Below, piece after piece: positions 36,476 through 44,717 of a stretch of 64,000 nucleotides of DNA. The first letter of the stretch is position 1. Each line of letters starts with the position of its first letter. The position numbers were made by a program, and so were the translations under genes. The notes beneath the pieces are model-generated. The model did not search any database and was not told the origin of the DNA. It worked only from the letters and a program-made list of their open reading frames with translations. This stretch comes from Spirochaetaceae bacterium (GTDB taxonomy: Bacteria; Spirochaetota; Spirochaetia; DSM-27196; PWMO01): positions 10,759 through 74,758 of the forward strand of contig JBKHCS010000003.1 in the NCBI GenBank assembly GCA_046541715.1. The letters run 5' to 3'.

Positions 36476-37681
36476 ATGAGCGAAGAGAGTCCCATTGTCC
36501 GCATCGAGGGCATTTGGAAGATTTTCGGTGCCGAACCGAAACGAATCCTAAGAGACGAAGACCGTCACGCGGATAAGGAGGATATTCTGTCTCGAACGGG
36601 GCACGTCGTTGCCCTTCGGGACATCAGCCTTACCGTAGACGCCGGAGAGTTCTATGTAATCATGGGGCTCTCCGGGAGCGGTAAGTCCACCCTTATCCGG
36701 ATTATCGAGCGTTTGATCGAGCCGACGGAGGGGAGGGTTATCGTCAAGGGGGAGGATGTCACCTCTTTCGGCAAGGAGCGGCTGGCGGATTTTCGCAAGC
36801 GCACGGTCAGTATGGTCTTTCAGAACTTCGGTCTTCTACCCCATTACACGGTGCTCCAGAACGCCGCCTACGGCCTCAAAGCCCGGGGGGAGGATCGCGA
36901 GTCCCGAGAGGAGAAGGCCCGGGAGATTCTCAAAACCGTCGGCCTCAAAGGGTGGGAGGACTACTTCCCCTCATCTTTGAGCGGCGGGATGCAGCAGCGG
37001 GTTGGGATTGCCCGGGCTCTCGCAACCGAACCGGATATCCTTCTGATGGACGAGCCCTTCAGCGGCCTCGATCCGCTGATCCGGCGGAACATGCAGGACG
37101 AGATGGTCGACCTCCAGGCGTCCCTGAACAAGACCATCGTATTCGTCACCCACGATCTCCACGAAGCCCTCAAGCTGGGGGACCGCATCGCCATCATGCG
37201 CAGCGGGGAAATCGTCCAGATCGGTACCCCGGAGGAGATCGTCTCCGAGCCTGCCGACGATTACGTCCAGCTATTCGTTCAGGACGCTTCCCCCGCACGG
37301 GTTTTCTCCGCCCAGAGCATCATGCAGGAGCCGACGATCACCGTCTATCGATGGCAGGGTCCGAGCGTCGCCCGCCGGATGATGGTCGACGCCAACCGTG
37401 AATGGGCCTACGTTCTCGACCGCCGGCAAAAGTTCTTAGGCGTCGTGCATCTCGACGACATCGAGGAACATCCCAAGGGGAAAGGGCAGGACTTCATGGA
37501 TATTATTTCCGATGACGTGAGGAGCTGTTCCCCGGAAACCGTCGTCGAAGACCTCTTCCCCCTGGTCAGCGAGTCGAGCTTTCCGGTGGCGGTCCTCGAC
37601 GAGCAAGACCACCTCCTCGGAGAGGTGCGGCCCCGGCATCTCTTCGAGATCATGAGCAAACAGGAGCAGACCGATGATTGA
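36476..37681 (+). CDS. glycine betaine ABC transporter ATP-binding protein with tandem CBS domains (OpuAA/ProV)
   Basis: Walker A GLSGSGKST, signature LSGGMQQR and Walker B LLMDEPF, with a CBS-pair C-terminus. Confidence 0.9.
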   Translation: MSEESPIVRIEGIWKIFGAEPKRILRDEDRHADKEDILSRTGHVVALRDISLTVDAGEFYVIMGLSGSGKSTLIRIIERLIEPTEGRVIVKGEDVTSFGKERLADFRKRTVSMVFQNFGLLPHYTVLQNAAYGLKARGEDRESREEKAREILKTVGLKGWEDYFPSSLSGGMQQRVGIARALATEPDILLMDEPFSGLDPLIRRNMQDEMVDLQASLNKTIVFVTHDLHEALKLGDRIAIMRSGEIVQIGTPEEIVSEPADDYVQLFVQDASPARVFSAQSIMQEPTITVYRWQGPSVARRMMVDANREWAYVLDRRQKFLGVVHLDDIEEHPKGKGQDFMDIISDDVRSCSPETVVEDLFPLVSESSFPVAVLDEQDHLLGEVRPRHLFEIMSKQEQTDD

Positions 37682-38543
37682 GTTCCCAGGGTTTCTCAAG
37701 GTACCGCTGGCGGCCTGGGTGGATACGGCCATGGATTGGGTCCTGGACAACCTGGGTCCGTTCTTCGACTTTGTGGGTACGGTGGGTCTGCAGATCCTCC
37801 TGGCAGTGGAAACGGCGCTCCTCTGGATTCCCTGGTTCGTCGTCATTCTCGGCGTCGCCATCCTCGGCTGGAAGACCCTAGAAAAGTGGTCCTACGGGGT
37901 GATTATGGCGGTAATGCTCCTGTCGATCGGAAGCTTCGGCTACTGGGAGCTCGCGATGCGCACCCTCGCCATCGTCTTAGTCTCCGTCGTAATCTCGCTG
38001 ATCATCGGGATACCCCTCGGCATCCTGATGGCCTGGAACGACCGCTTTCAGGCGTTTATCAAGCCCATCCTCGACGCGATGCAGACCCTCCCGACCTTCG
38101 TCTACCTCATCCCGGCCCTGATGCTCTTCGGTCTGGGAAAGGTACCCGCGACCTTCGCTACCATTATTTACGCCGTGCCGCCGGTCATCCGGCTTACCAA
38201 CGTCGGCATCCGAGAGGTGCCTAAGGACGTCATCGAGGCCGCCCGGGCCTTCGGGTCCAACCGGCGCGAAGTCCTCTTCGACGTCCAGCTCCCCCTCGCG
38301 CGGCCTTCGATCCTGGTCGGGGTAAACCAGACGACGATGATGGCCCTTGCCATGGTCGTTATCGGATCGATGATCGGCGCCCGGACCCTCGGTATGGAGG
38401 TGCTGGTTGCCATCAACCGTATCGAAATCGGACAGGGCTTCGAGGCCGGTATAAGCATCGTCTTTATGGCGATTATCATCGACCGGATTACCCACGCCTT
38501 CGCCGAGCAGGAACACCAACAAACTCAGAAGGCGGAGTCTTAG
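37674..38543 (+). CDS. glycine betaine ABC transporter permease (OpuAB/ProW)
   Basis: Multi-TM protein with an EAA-like loop (IEAARAFGSNRREVLFDVQLP). Overlaps the ATPase gene by 8 nt. Confidence 0.85.
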   Translation: MIEFPGFLKVPLAAWVDTAMDWVLDNLGPFFDFVGTVGLQILLAVETALLWIPWFVVILGVAILGWKTLEKWSYGVIMAVMLLSIGSFGYWELAMRTLAIVLVSVVISLIIGIPLGILMAWNDRFQAFIKPILDAMQTLPTFVYLIPALMLFGLGKVPATFATIIYAVPPVIRLTNVGIREVPKDVIEAARAFGSNRREVLFDVQLPLARPSILVGVNQTTMMALAMVVIGSMIGARTLGMEVLVAINRIEIGQGFEAGISIVFMAIIIDRITHAFAEQEHQQTQKAES

Positions 38544-38564
38544 GGCGCCTCGGCCCGAGTGATC

Positions 38565-38592
38565 CTTAAGAAAGCCCCGGGGCCACCGATAA
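38565..38592 (+). promoter_or_regulatory. possible sigma28 (FliA) promoter TTAAGAAA-N12-ACCGATAA upstream of flgF
   Basis: The -10 matches GCCGATAA at 7 of 8 positions; the -35 region is weak. It ends 7 nt before the ATG at 38600. Confidence 0.3.
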
Positions 38593-38599
38593 TGAGTAC

Positions 38600-39463
38600 A
38601 TGGTAAGAGGCACCTACACTGCCGCGAGCGGTATGGCCGCGCAGGAACACCGATTCAACGCGATCGCGAACAATCTGGCGAACGCCGATACCCACGGGTA
38701 CAAGCGCGACCTGGCCGTGCAGAAAGCCTTTCCGCAGCTTCTTCTGCGGCGAATGAGCGACGACGGGGTTCTTCGGGTTCCCTACCGGGACCAGGGGATA
38801 GGCTCGGTCGACAAGGCGCCGGTTATCGGCGTTCTCGGCACCGGGGTCGAGGAAAACGAGGTCTTTACCGTGTTCGAGCAGGGTTCCTTGGAGCAGACGG
38901 AGAACAGCTTCGACCTCGCGCTTCAGGGGGAGGGGTTCTTCGTAGTCCGGACGCCCGGCGGTGAGCGCTACACCCGGAACGGGAGCTTTCTTATCGGCCC
39001 CGAAGGGCTTCTGGTTACCAAACAGGGCTACCCGGTTCTTGGGGAGAACGGTCCCATCCGCATAAAACTGAACAATTTCGTCGTCGACGAGAACGGCCGC
39101 ATCTTCGAAAACGACTCCTTCGGGGACGACCCCGAGCGGCTTATCTCGGTCCGGGAAAACGAATGGCAGAACACCGAAGAGGTGGACCGCCTGAGGATCG
39201 TCGACGTCCGCGAGACTCGGTACCTGAGAAAGCAGGGGGATAGCCTCTGGCGATCGACCCGGGAAAGCGGAGACGCGGAGACCATCTACGGCGACAGCAG
39301 GCCGAAGGTGCGGCAGGGCTTTCTCGAGACGGCGAATGTAAACCCGGTTACCGAAATGGTTCAAATGATCGAGGTCAACCGCGCTTACGAGGCCAACCAG
39401 AAGGTTATCCAATCCCAGGACGACAGCACCAGCCGCCTGATCAACCAGGCCCTACGGATCTAG
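38600..39463 (+). CDS. flgF: flagellar basal-body rod protein FlgF
   Basis: Rod N-terminal motif YTAASGMAAQEHRFNAIANNLANADTHGYK and C-terminal EANQKVIQSQD. Confidence 0.8.
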   Translation: MVRGTYTAASGMAAQEHRFNAIANNLANADTHGYKRDLAVQKAFPQLLLRRMSDDGVLRVPYRDQGIGSVDKAPVIGVLGTGVEENEVFTVFEQGSLEQTENSFDLALQGEGFFVVRTPGGERYTRNGSFLIGPEGLLVTKQGYPVLGENGPIRIKLNNFVVDENGRIFENDSFGDDPERLISVRENEWQNTEEVDRLRIVDVRETRYLRKQGDSLWRSTRESGDAETIYGDSRPKVRQGFLETANVNPVTEMVQMIEVNRAYEANQKVIQSQDDSTSRLINQALRI

Positions 39464-39475
39464 GAGTAGCGCGCC

Positions 39476-40270
39476 ATGATGCGATCGCTGTACACCGCAG
39501 CCTCCGGGATGACCGGACAGCAGTTCAACATTGACACCATTGCCAACAACCTGTCGAACGTGAATACAACCGGATTCAAAAAGAACCGTCCGGACTTCGA
39601 GGATCTTCTCTACCAGACCGCTCGGGTAGCCGGAACACCGGCGACCGAAGAGACCCTTGTGCCCGTCGGCGTCCAGGTCGGCCACGGCGTCCGGGTCGCG
39701 GCTACACAAAAGATCTTTACCCAAGGCTCCCTCCAGAACACCGGAAACGTAGGCGACATCGCCATATCCGGGGAGGGCTTCTACCGGGTGCTTCTCTACG
39801 ACGGAAGCTTCGGCTATACCAGAGACGGCGCCTTCAAGATCGACGCGAACGGCCAGTTTGTGACGTCGAACGGCTACCGGATGATGCCGGAGATCATCCT
39901 TCCCGAGGGCTTTATCCGGGAAAGCGTCACCGTGAACCAGGACGGCCGGGTAACGGTCCTGGTGCCCGGAAGCGACGATCCGATAGAGGTCGGGCAGGTC
40001 GAGCTCTACCGTTTCGTGAACCCCGCGGGGCTTCAGGCGGTGGGGGAAAACGTCTTCAAGGTCTCCAGCGCTTCCGGGGAAGCCATAGGGGGACGTCCCG
40101 GCTTCGACGGGATGGGAAGCCTCGAGCACCGCTTTATCGAGGCGTCCAACGTCGAAGTCGTTCAAGAAATGGTAAACATGATCGTCGCCCAGCGGGCCTA
40201 CGAGCTCAACTCGAAGGCGATCCAGACGAGCGATTCGATGCTCGGTATAGCAAACAACTTGAAGCGATAG
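39476..40270 (+). CDS. flgG: flagellar basal-body distal rod protein FlgG
   Basis: MMRSLYTAASGMTGQQFNIDTIANNLSNVNTTGFKK and C-terminal MIVAQRAYELNSKAIQTSD. Confidence 0.9.
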   Translation: MMRSLYTAASGMTGQQFNIDTIANNLSNVNTTGFKKNRPDFEDLLYQTARVAGTPATEETLVPVGVQVGHGVRVAATQKIFTQGSLQNTGNVGDIAISGEGFYRVLLYDGSFGYTRDGAFKIDANGQFVTSNGYRMMPEIILPEGFIRESVTVNQDGRVTVLVPGSDDPIEVGQVELYRFVNPAGLQAVGENVFKVSSASGEAIGGRPGFDGMGSLEHRFIEASNVEVVQEMVNMIVAQRAYELNSKAIQTSDSMLGIANNLKR

Positions 40271-40279
40271 GGGTAGCCG

Positions 40280-40654
40280 ATGGATCCAATGAGCCTGATC
40301 GATCCCACCATTCGGCGGGATCCGAATAGCATCGCGCCCACCGCGACCCCCCGGACCGAAGGACTCGGTGCCGGTACCGAGGACGCTCGGCTAAAGGAAG
40401 TAAGCCGGGAGTTCGAATCGATCTTCGTGGAACAGATGCTTTCCGCGATGCGTGATACATTAGATCCGGAGAGTCGACTCCTCCACGGCGGTTTTGCGGA
40501 GGAGGTATTCGACGACATGCTATACCGGGAGTATTCCCGGATAATCTCCAAGTCCGGCGGTTTCGGCCTGGCGGAGCTCGTTTACGATCAGCTCTCCGGT
40601 CGAGCGTATCAGGGGGAGCTGTCCCCCCAGGGTCCCGGGGACTCTGTGCAATAA
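40280..40654 (+). CDS. rod-binding protein (FlgJ N-terminal domain only)
   Basis: EFESIFVEQMLSAMR motif of the FlgJ rod-binding domain. No muramidase domain. Confidence 0.7.
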   Translation: MDPMSLIDPTIRRDPNSIAPTATPRTEGLGAGTEDARLKEVSREFESIFVEQMLSAMRDTLDPESRLLHGGFAEEVFDDMLYREYSRIISKSGGFGLAELVYDQLSGRAYQGELSPQGPGDSVQ

Positions 40655-40682
40655 ACTATACACTTGGTCCTCGAATGGACAA

Positions 40683-40699
40683 TGACTCCCCGGGAGTCA
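40683..40699. repeat. 17-bp perfect palindrome TGACTCCCCGGGAGTCA
   Basis: Read directly. A T7 run (40707-40713) follows after 7 nt. Centre lies about 67 bp upstream of the -24 element. Confidence 0.85.
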
Positions 40700-40756
40700 C
40701 CACCTATTTTTTTATTCTGAAACAATTTAAAGCACAGACTGTCTCGGCCGACCGCT

Positions 40757-40772
40757 TGGCACACTGATTGCA
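40757..40772 (+). promoter_or_regulatory. sigma54 -24/-12 promoter TGGCACactgaTTGCA
   Basis: Exact match to the TGGCAC-N5-TTGCA core. Intergenic and correctly oriented, 21 nt before the ATG at 40793. Confidence 0.75.
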
Positions 40773-40792
40773 ACATTGTGCCGGAGAGGCGT

Positions 40793-41638
40793 ATGACCAC
40801 GAAGAAAAGAAAAGCCGACTACGAAGACAACACCCTCAAGGCGTACTTCGATCAGATAAAGCACTCAGATTTGCTCTCCTTCGAGGAAGAAAAAGACCTG
40901 TCGAAGCGGATTCAGAAGGGAGACGATGCGGCAAAGACAAAGCTTATCGAGTCGAACCTGCGGCTGGTCGTAAAGATCGCCAAGGGCTATGTAACCCCGG
41001 AGGTAAGCCTCCTCGACCTGATTCAGGAGGGAAACTTGGGGCTCCTCCGCGCCGCCGGCAAGTACGATTATCGAAAGCAGGTTCGCTTTAGCACCTACGC
41101 CTCCTGGTGGATCAAGCAGGCGATCACCCGGGCCCTCAGCAACAAACGGCGCCACATCCGCCTTCCCCACCGGAAGGAAGACGCTCTTCGGAAGATCCAG
41201 CGGAGTTACACGATGCTCAGCCAGAAGCTGATGCGCTCTCCCTCGGTGGAAGAGGTCGCCGAAGAAGTGGGGCTCAAGCGGGAAGAAGTCGTCCAGATCC
41301 TCAACGTCTCCTCCGGGATGGTTAGTCTCGACAGCGACATAAACGAGGATTCGGGTACCTTTCACGACATTATTGAGGATTACTCGTACTCCCCGGACGC
41401 GGAGTTTATTCAGCGCTCCTTTCGGGAGCAGACCTTGCAGTTCCTCGATCGTCTGAAAGAGAAGGAACGGCAAATACTTCTCTACCGTTTTGCCTTCCAT
41501 GGGGGCAAGAAATACACCCTCAAGAGCATTAGCGACGAGATGGGGATCTCTCCCGAAACCGTTCGGCAAATAGAGATTCGCGCGCTAAAAAAGCTAAAGG
41601 AACACGCCGAAGAGCTTCGAGAATACGTATACGAGTAG
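40793..41638 (+). CDS. group-2 (RpoS/RpoD-like) sigma-70 family sigma factor
   Basis: Region 2 NLRLVVKIAKGY and FSTYASWWIKQAITRAL. Region 4 HTH ISDEMGISPETVRQIEIRALKKL. 281 aa with no region 1.1. ATG at 40793 follows GGAGAGG. Confidence 0.8.
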   Translation: MTTKKRKADYEDNTLKAYFDQIKHSDLLSFEEEKDLSKRIQKGDDAAKTKLIESNLRLVVKIAKGYVTPEVSLLDLIQEGNLGLLRAAGKYDYRKQVRFSTYASWWIKQAITRALSNKRRHIRLPHRKEDALRKIQRSYTMLSQKLMRSPSVEEVAEEVGLKREEVVQILNVSSGMVSLDSDINEDSGTFHDIIEDYSYSPDAEFIQRSFREQTLQFLDRLKEKERQILLYRFAFHGGKKYTLKSISDEMGISPETVRQIEIRALKKLKEHAEELREYVYE

Positions 41639-41662
41639 TATTCTTCTCCCCAGGAGGCTCTA

Positions 41663-42631
41663 ATGGCTACCGGCGGCACCTCTCCCGGTGCTAAGACCCG
41701 CGTACTGCGACTCTCTCTGCTTGCTATTGCGGTAGCCCTCGGTCTTCTGCCGGCGCTGCTTCCGAGAGAGCGGGAAGAAGCCGCCCGGGGACCGGATGAG
41801 GTTCTCTCGGTTCCGGAGACCACAGAGCCGGCCCCCGAAGCGGAACCGCCTGAACCGGCTCCCCCGGAGGTCCCGGCGCCGGTTCCGGAAGGACCCGAGG
41901 CGGAGGATCCGGTACCGCCGGCTCCTCTCTCCCCCCAGCCGGAGGCGATTGCGCGCCTCTACCTCGTAGTGGATGACGTGGGAAACCGGCGGGAGGACTT
42001 AGACCCGTACCTGAGCCTCGACATTCCGATTACCTTCGCGGTGCTCCCGCAACTTCCGTTCTCCGAGGAATCCGCCGTACGGATTTCCACCCGGGGACAG
42101 GAGCTTATTCTGCACCTGCCGATGGAAGCCGAGAGCGGGAAGTATCCCGGTCCGGGGACCATCTACGTCGGCGACTCCCACCGCAGCATTACCGAAACCC
42201 TCCGGGCGAATCTCCGGAGCGTTCCCGGAGCCAAAGGAATCAACAACCACATGGGATCCAAGGCCACCGCGGACCGGAACACCATGAACGCCGCCCTCGA
42301 GTTCGCCCGGAGAGAGGGACTCTTCTTTCTCGATTCCCGGACAACCCACAATACGGTCGCCCTCGAAGTGGCCCGGGAAAAGAGGGTACCCGCGGCGGAG
42401 CGCCACGTCTTTCTCGATAACGTCCGGGAGGTCGAGGCGATCCGGGAGGCCTTAATCCAGGGCGTCGCCCTGGCCCGGGAACAGGGGTACGCCGTTCTTA
42501 TCGGCCACGCGACAAGCCCGGAGCTCGCCACGGTGCTCCGGGAAGAGGCGTCGGCTCTAGAAGATGCGGGGATCCGGTTCTTCCATCTTTCGGCGTTGTT
42601 AGGGACTCCTCATGTTGGTTCTGGGGATTGA
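41663..42631 (+). CDS. divergent polysaccharide deacetylase family protein (YibQ-like)
   Basis: N-terminal anchor plus a Pro/Glu-rich linker, with motifs LVVDDVGN, INNHMGSKAT and FLDSRTT. Confidence 0.7.
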   Translation: MATGGTSPGAKTRVLRLSLLAIAVALGLLPALLPREREEAARGPDEVLSVPETTEPAPEAEPPEPAPPEVPAPVPEGPEAEDPVPPAPLSPQPEAIARLYLVVDDVGNRREDLDPYLSLDIPITFAVLPQLPFSEESAVRISTRGQELILHLPMEAESGKYPGPGTIYVGDSHRSITETLRANLRSVPGAKGINNHMGSKATADRNTMNAALEFARREGLFFLDSRTTHNTVALEVAREKRVPAAERHVFLDNVREVEAIREALIQGVALAREQGYAVLIGHATSPELATVLREEASALEDAGIRFFHLSALLGTPHVGSGD

Positions 42632-43625
42632 AACTTCCTGCGACGAGTGCTCCGTCGCCTTGGTCGAAGACGGTGTCTCGCTTTCGGGTATGCTCATCGC
42701 GACCCAGGACGAGGTTCACGCGCCCTACAGCGGTGTAGTCCCCGAGCTGGCCTCCCGACGGCACGTCGAAACCATCTTCCCTATCTACCAGGAAGTCCTT
42801 AAGGGGGCCGGATGCCGACCTGCGGACATTGATCTTGTCGCGGTAACGGTCCAGCCGGGCCTCGCCGGCTCCCTCGCGGTTGGGGTCGCCTTCGCGAAGG
42901 CGCTCGCTTTGGGATTGGGGCGCCCGGTCGTCGGGGTGGACCACATTTCCGCCCACCTCTACGCGATACAACTCGAACGGAAGGTCGCCTATCCCTTTCT
43001 CGGCCTCGTCATATCCGGGGGGCACACCCTGATCGCCCGGTGTCTGAGCCCAACGGAGTTTGAGGTCCTCGGGACGACCATAGACGATGCCTGTGGTGAG
43101 GCCTTCGACAAGGTGGCAAAGCATCTCGAGCTGGGCTACCCCGGGGGCGTCGCCATAGACCGTCTTGCCCGTCGGGGGGACCCGAGGGCTTTTCGTTTTC
43201 CGGTTCCTTCTCTCCACAAGGGAGACCACCGGTACGATGTTTCCTATTCGGGCCTCAAGACGGCGGTTGTCAACCAGCTCGAGCAGTTCCGGAATCCCGG
43301 TTACGAGGCCACACCGGAGAACATCGCCGCCGGCTTCGAGGCCTCCGCCGTCGACATGGCACTAAACCGCCTCCGGAAGGCCCAAAAAGACACCAGGATG
43401 GGCCGGATTGTCGTAGCCGGGGGAGTAGCCTCGAACAGCTATCTCCGGAGCCGTTTGAGCGATTGGAAGGGTGCCGAGGTCTTTGTTCCGTCGAAGCGCC
43501 TCTGTACGGACAACGGCGCGATGGTCGCGGGGCTCGGATACCACGTCTACCGGGAGCGGGGCGCCGGGAATCTGGATCTCGATATTTTGCCGAAAGTTCC
43601 GGAGTTCCGGGGAAACTATCCCTGA
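42612..43625 (+). CDS. tsaD: tRNA N6-adenosine threonylcarbamoyltransferase TsaD
   Basis: LGIETSCDE, HLYA and GGVASN motifs. Confidence 0.9.
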   Translation: MLVLGIETSCDECSVALVEDGVSLSGMLIATQDEVHAPYSGVVPELASRRHVETIFPIYQEVLKGAGCRPADIDLVAVTVQPGLAGSLAVGVAFAKALALGLGRPVVGVDHISAHLYAIQLERKVAYPFLGLVISGGHTLIARCLSPTEFEVLGTTIDDACGEAFDKVAKHLELGYPGGVAIDRLARRGDPRAFRFPVPSLHKGDHRYDVSYSGLKTAVVNQLEQFRNPGYEATPENIAAGFEASAVDMALNRLRKAQKDTRMGRIVVAGGVASNSYLRSRLSDWKGAEVFVPSKRLCTDNGAMVAGLGYHVYRERGAGNLDLDILPKVPEFRGNYP

Positions 43626-43633
43626 GCCTGGAC

Positions 43634-44611
43634 CTAAGAACGGCCCCAGGCTAGGGATTCCTCTTTGAGCTCCGCCAACTCGTCGTCCGCTTCGAAGAGC
43701 TTCCAGAGGCCCGGTAGACGCGTCTGGATAATCCGCTCCGCGAGGCGATGAACCGATTGTGAGAAGTCGCAATTCGGATGGGACGCGATAACCGGACGGC
43801 GCCGAAGAATCGACTCCGGCACGAGTGGGTTGGTCGGCAGGTAGCCAACGTACTGCGTCTCCACGTCGAGGTTCTTTTCGACGATCGCCTTGAGCTTCGA
43901 TCCGACCTGAATGTCCTGATCCGATCGCCCCATGTTCATAACGATCCGCGGCTTGAAGGCGTCGAGGTGCGCCGCCGCCCGTTGGCCGGCCTCCGGGTCG
44001 ATTCGCGCCAATCCGTCAACCAGTCGCCGGAAGCTCTCGGGCCCCCCCTCGAGGCGCTGGGACACGAACTCCGACACGAGGTGGCGTTCCCGGCTCTTAC
44101 GGGGAAAGCTGCGGTAGAGGAGTCGGTAGAGGGCGGTCTTGAGAAAGCTGTAGGCGTTCAGAATAGCCGTGGTTTCCGGAATCACGACCATTATTCCGTC
44201 GGAGGTCGTCAGAAAAAAGTCGACGGTGTTGTACGACGAGCCGGAACCGAGGTCCAGAATCACGTAGTCCGCCACCAGGTTGTTCAAGCCCTTCAGAAGA
44301 CGGAGTTTCTGATAGTACGGGAGGTTCGCGGTTCCCGGGAGAAGCGAGTCGCCGGGAATAAAATGGAGGCGTCGCTCCTCGGTCTCTACCAAGAGCGATT
44401 CCAGATTGTCCTCCTGCTTGTAGATGAGGTTTCCGATTCCCGCCTTGTTGTTTCGGATACCGAGGCAGGTGTGGAGGTTCGCCCCACCGAGATCCAAGTC
44501 GACAAGGACGACGGTCTTCCCCGTCCGGGCGAGGGCTATTCCGAGATTCGAGGAGAGAATCGACTTGCCGACACCGCCCTTGCCGGAGGCAATCGGGAGG
44601 AGAGTAACCAT
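43634..44611 (-). CDS. MinD/ParA-family P-loop ATPase (orphan)
   Basis: Deviant Walker A ASGKGGVGKS and Walker B VILDLGSG. About 325 aa with a C-terminal extension. Confidence 0.75.
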   Translation of the reverse strand: MVTLLPIASGKGGVGKSILSSNLGIALARTGKTVVLVDLDLGGANLHTCLGIRNNKAGIGNLIYKQEDNLESLLVETEERRLHFIPGDSLLPGTANLPYYQKLRLLKGLNNLVADYVILDLGSGSSYNTVDFFLTTSDGIMVVIPETTAILNAYSFLKTALYRLLYRSFPRKSRERHLVSEFVSQRLEGGPESFRRLVDGLARIDPEAGQRAAAHLDAFKPRIVMNMGRSDQDIQVGSKLKAIVEKNLDVETQYVGYLPTNPLVPESILRRRPVIASHPNCDFSQSVHRLAERIIQTRLPGLWKLFEADDELAELKEESLAWGRS

Positions 44612-44620
44612 ACGAAAACC

Positions 44621-44649
44621 ATAATAAGTCTAAAGTATGAGAAATGCAA
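44621..44649 (-). promoter_or_regulatory. sigma70-type promoter (TTGCAT-N17-TATTAT), 9 nt before the ATG at 44611
   Basis: Hexamers read on the minus strand. No SD. Confidence 0.45.
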
Positions 44650-44680
44650 GGTGCACCGTGACGCTATCCCTCCCGGACGA

Positions 44681-44709
44681 TTGACCGGCTGGGGGCGCGT
44701 CGGTACTCT
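44681..44709 (+). promoter_or_regulatory. sigma70-type promoter for apt (TTGACC-N17-TACTCT), 8 nt before the ATG at 44718
   Basis: Hexamers read directly. No SD. Confidence 0.5.
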
Positions 44710-44717
44710 GTCCTCCG

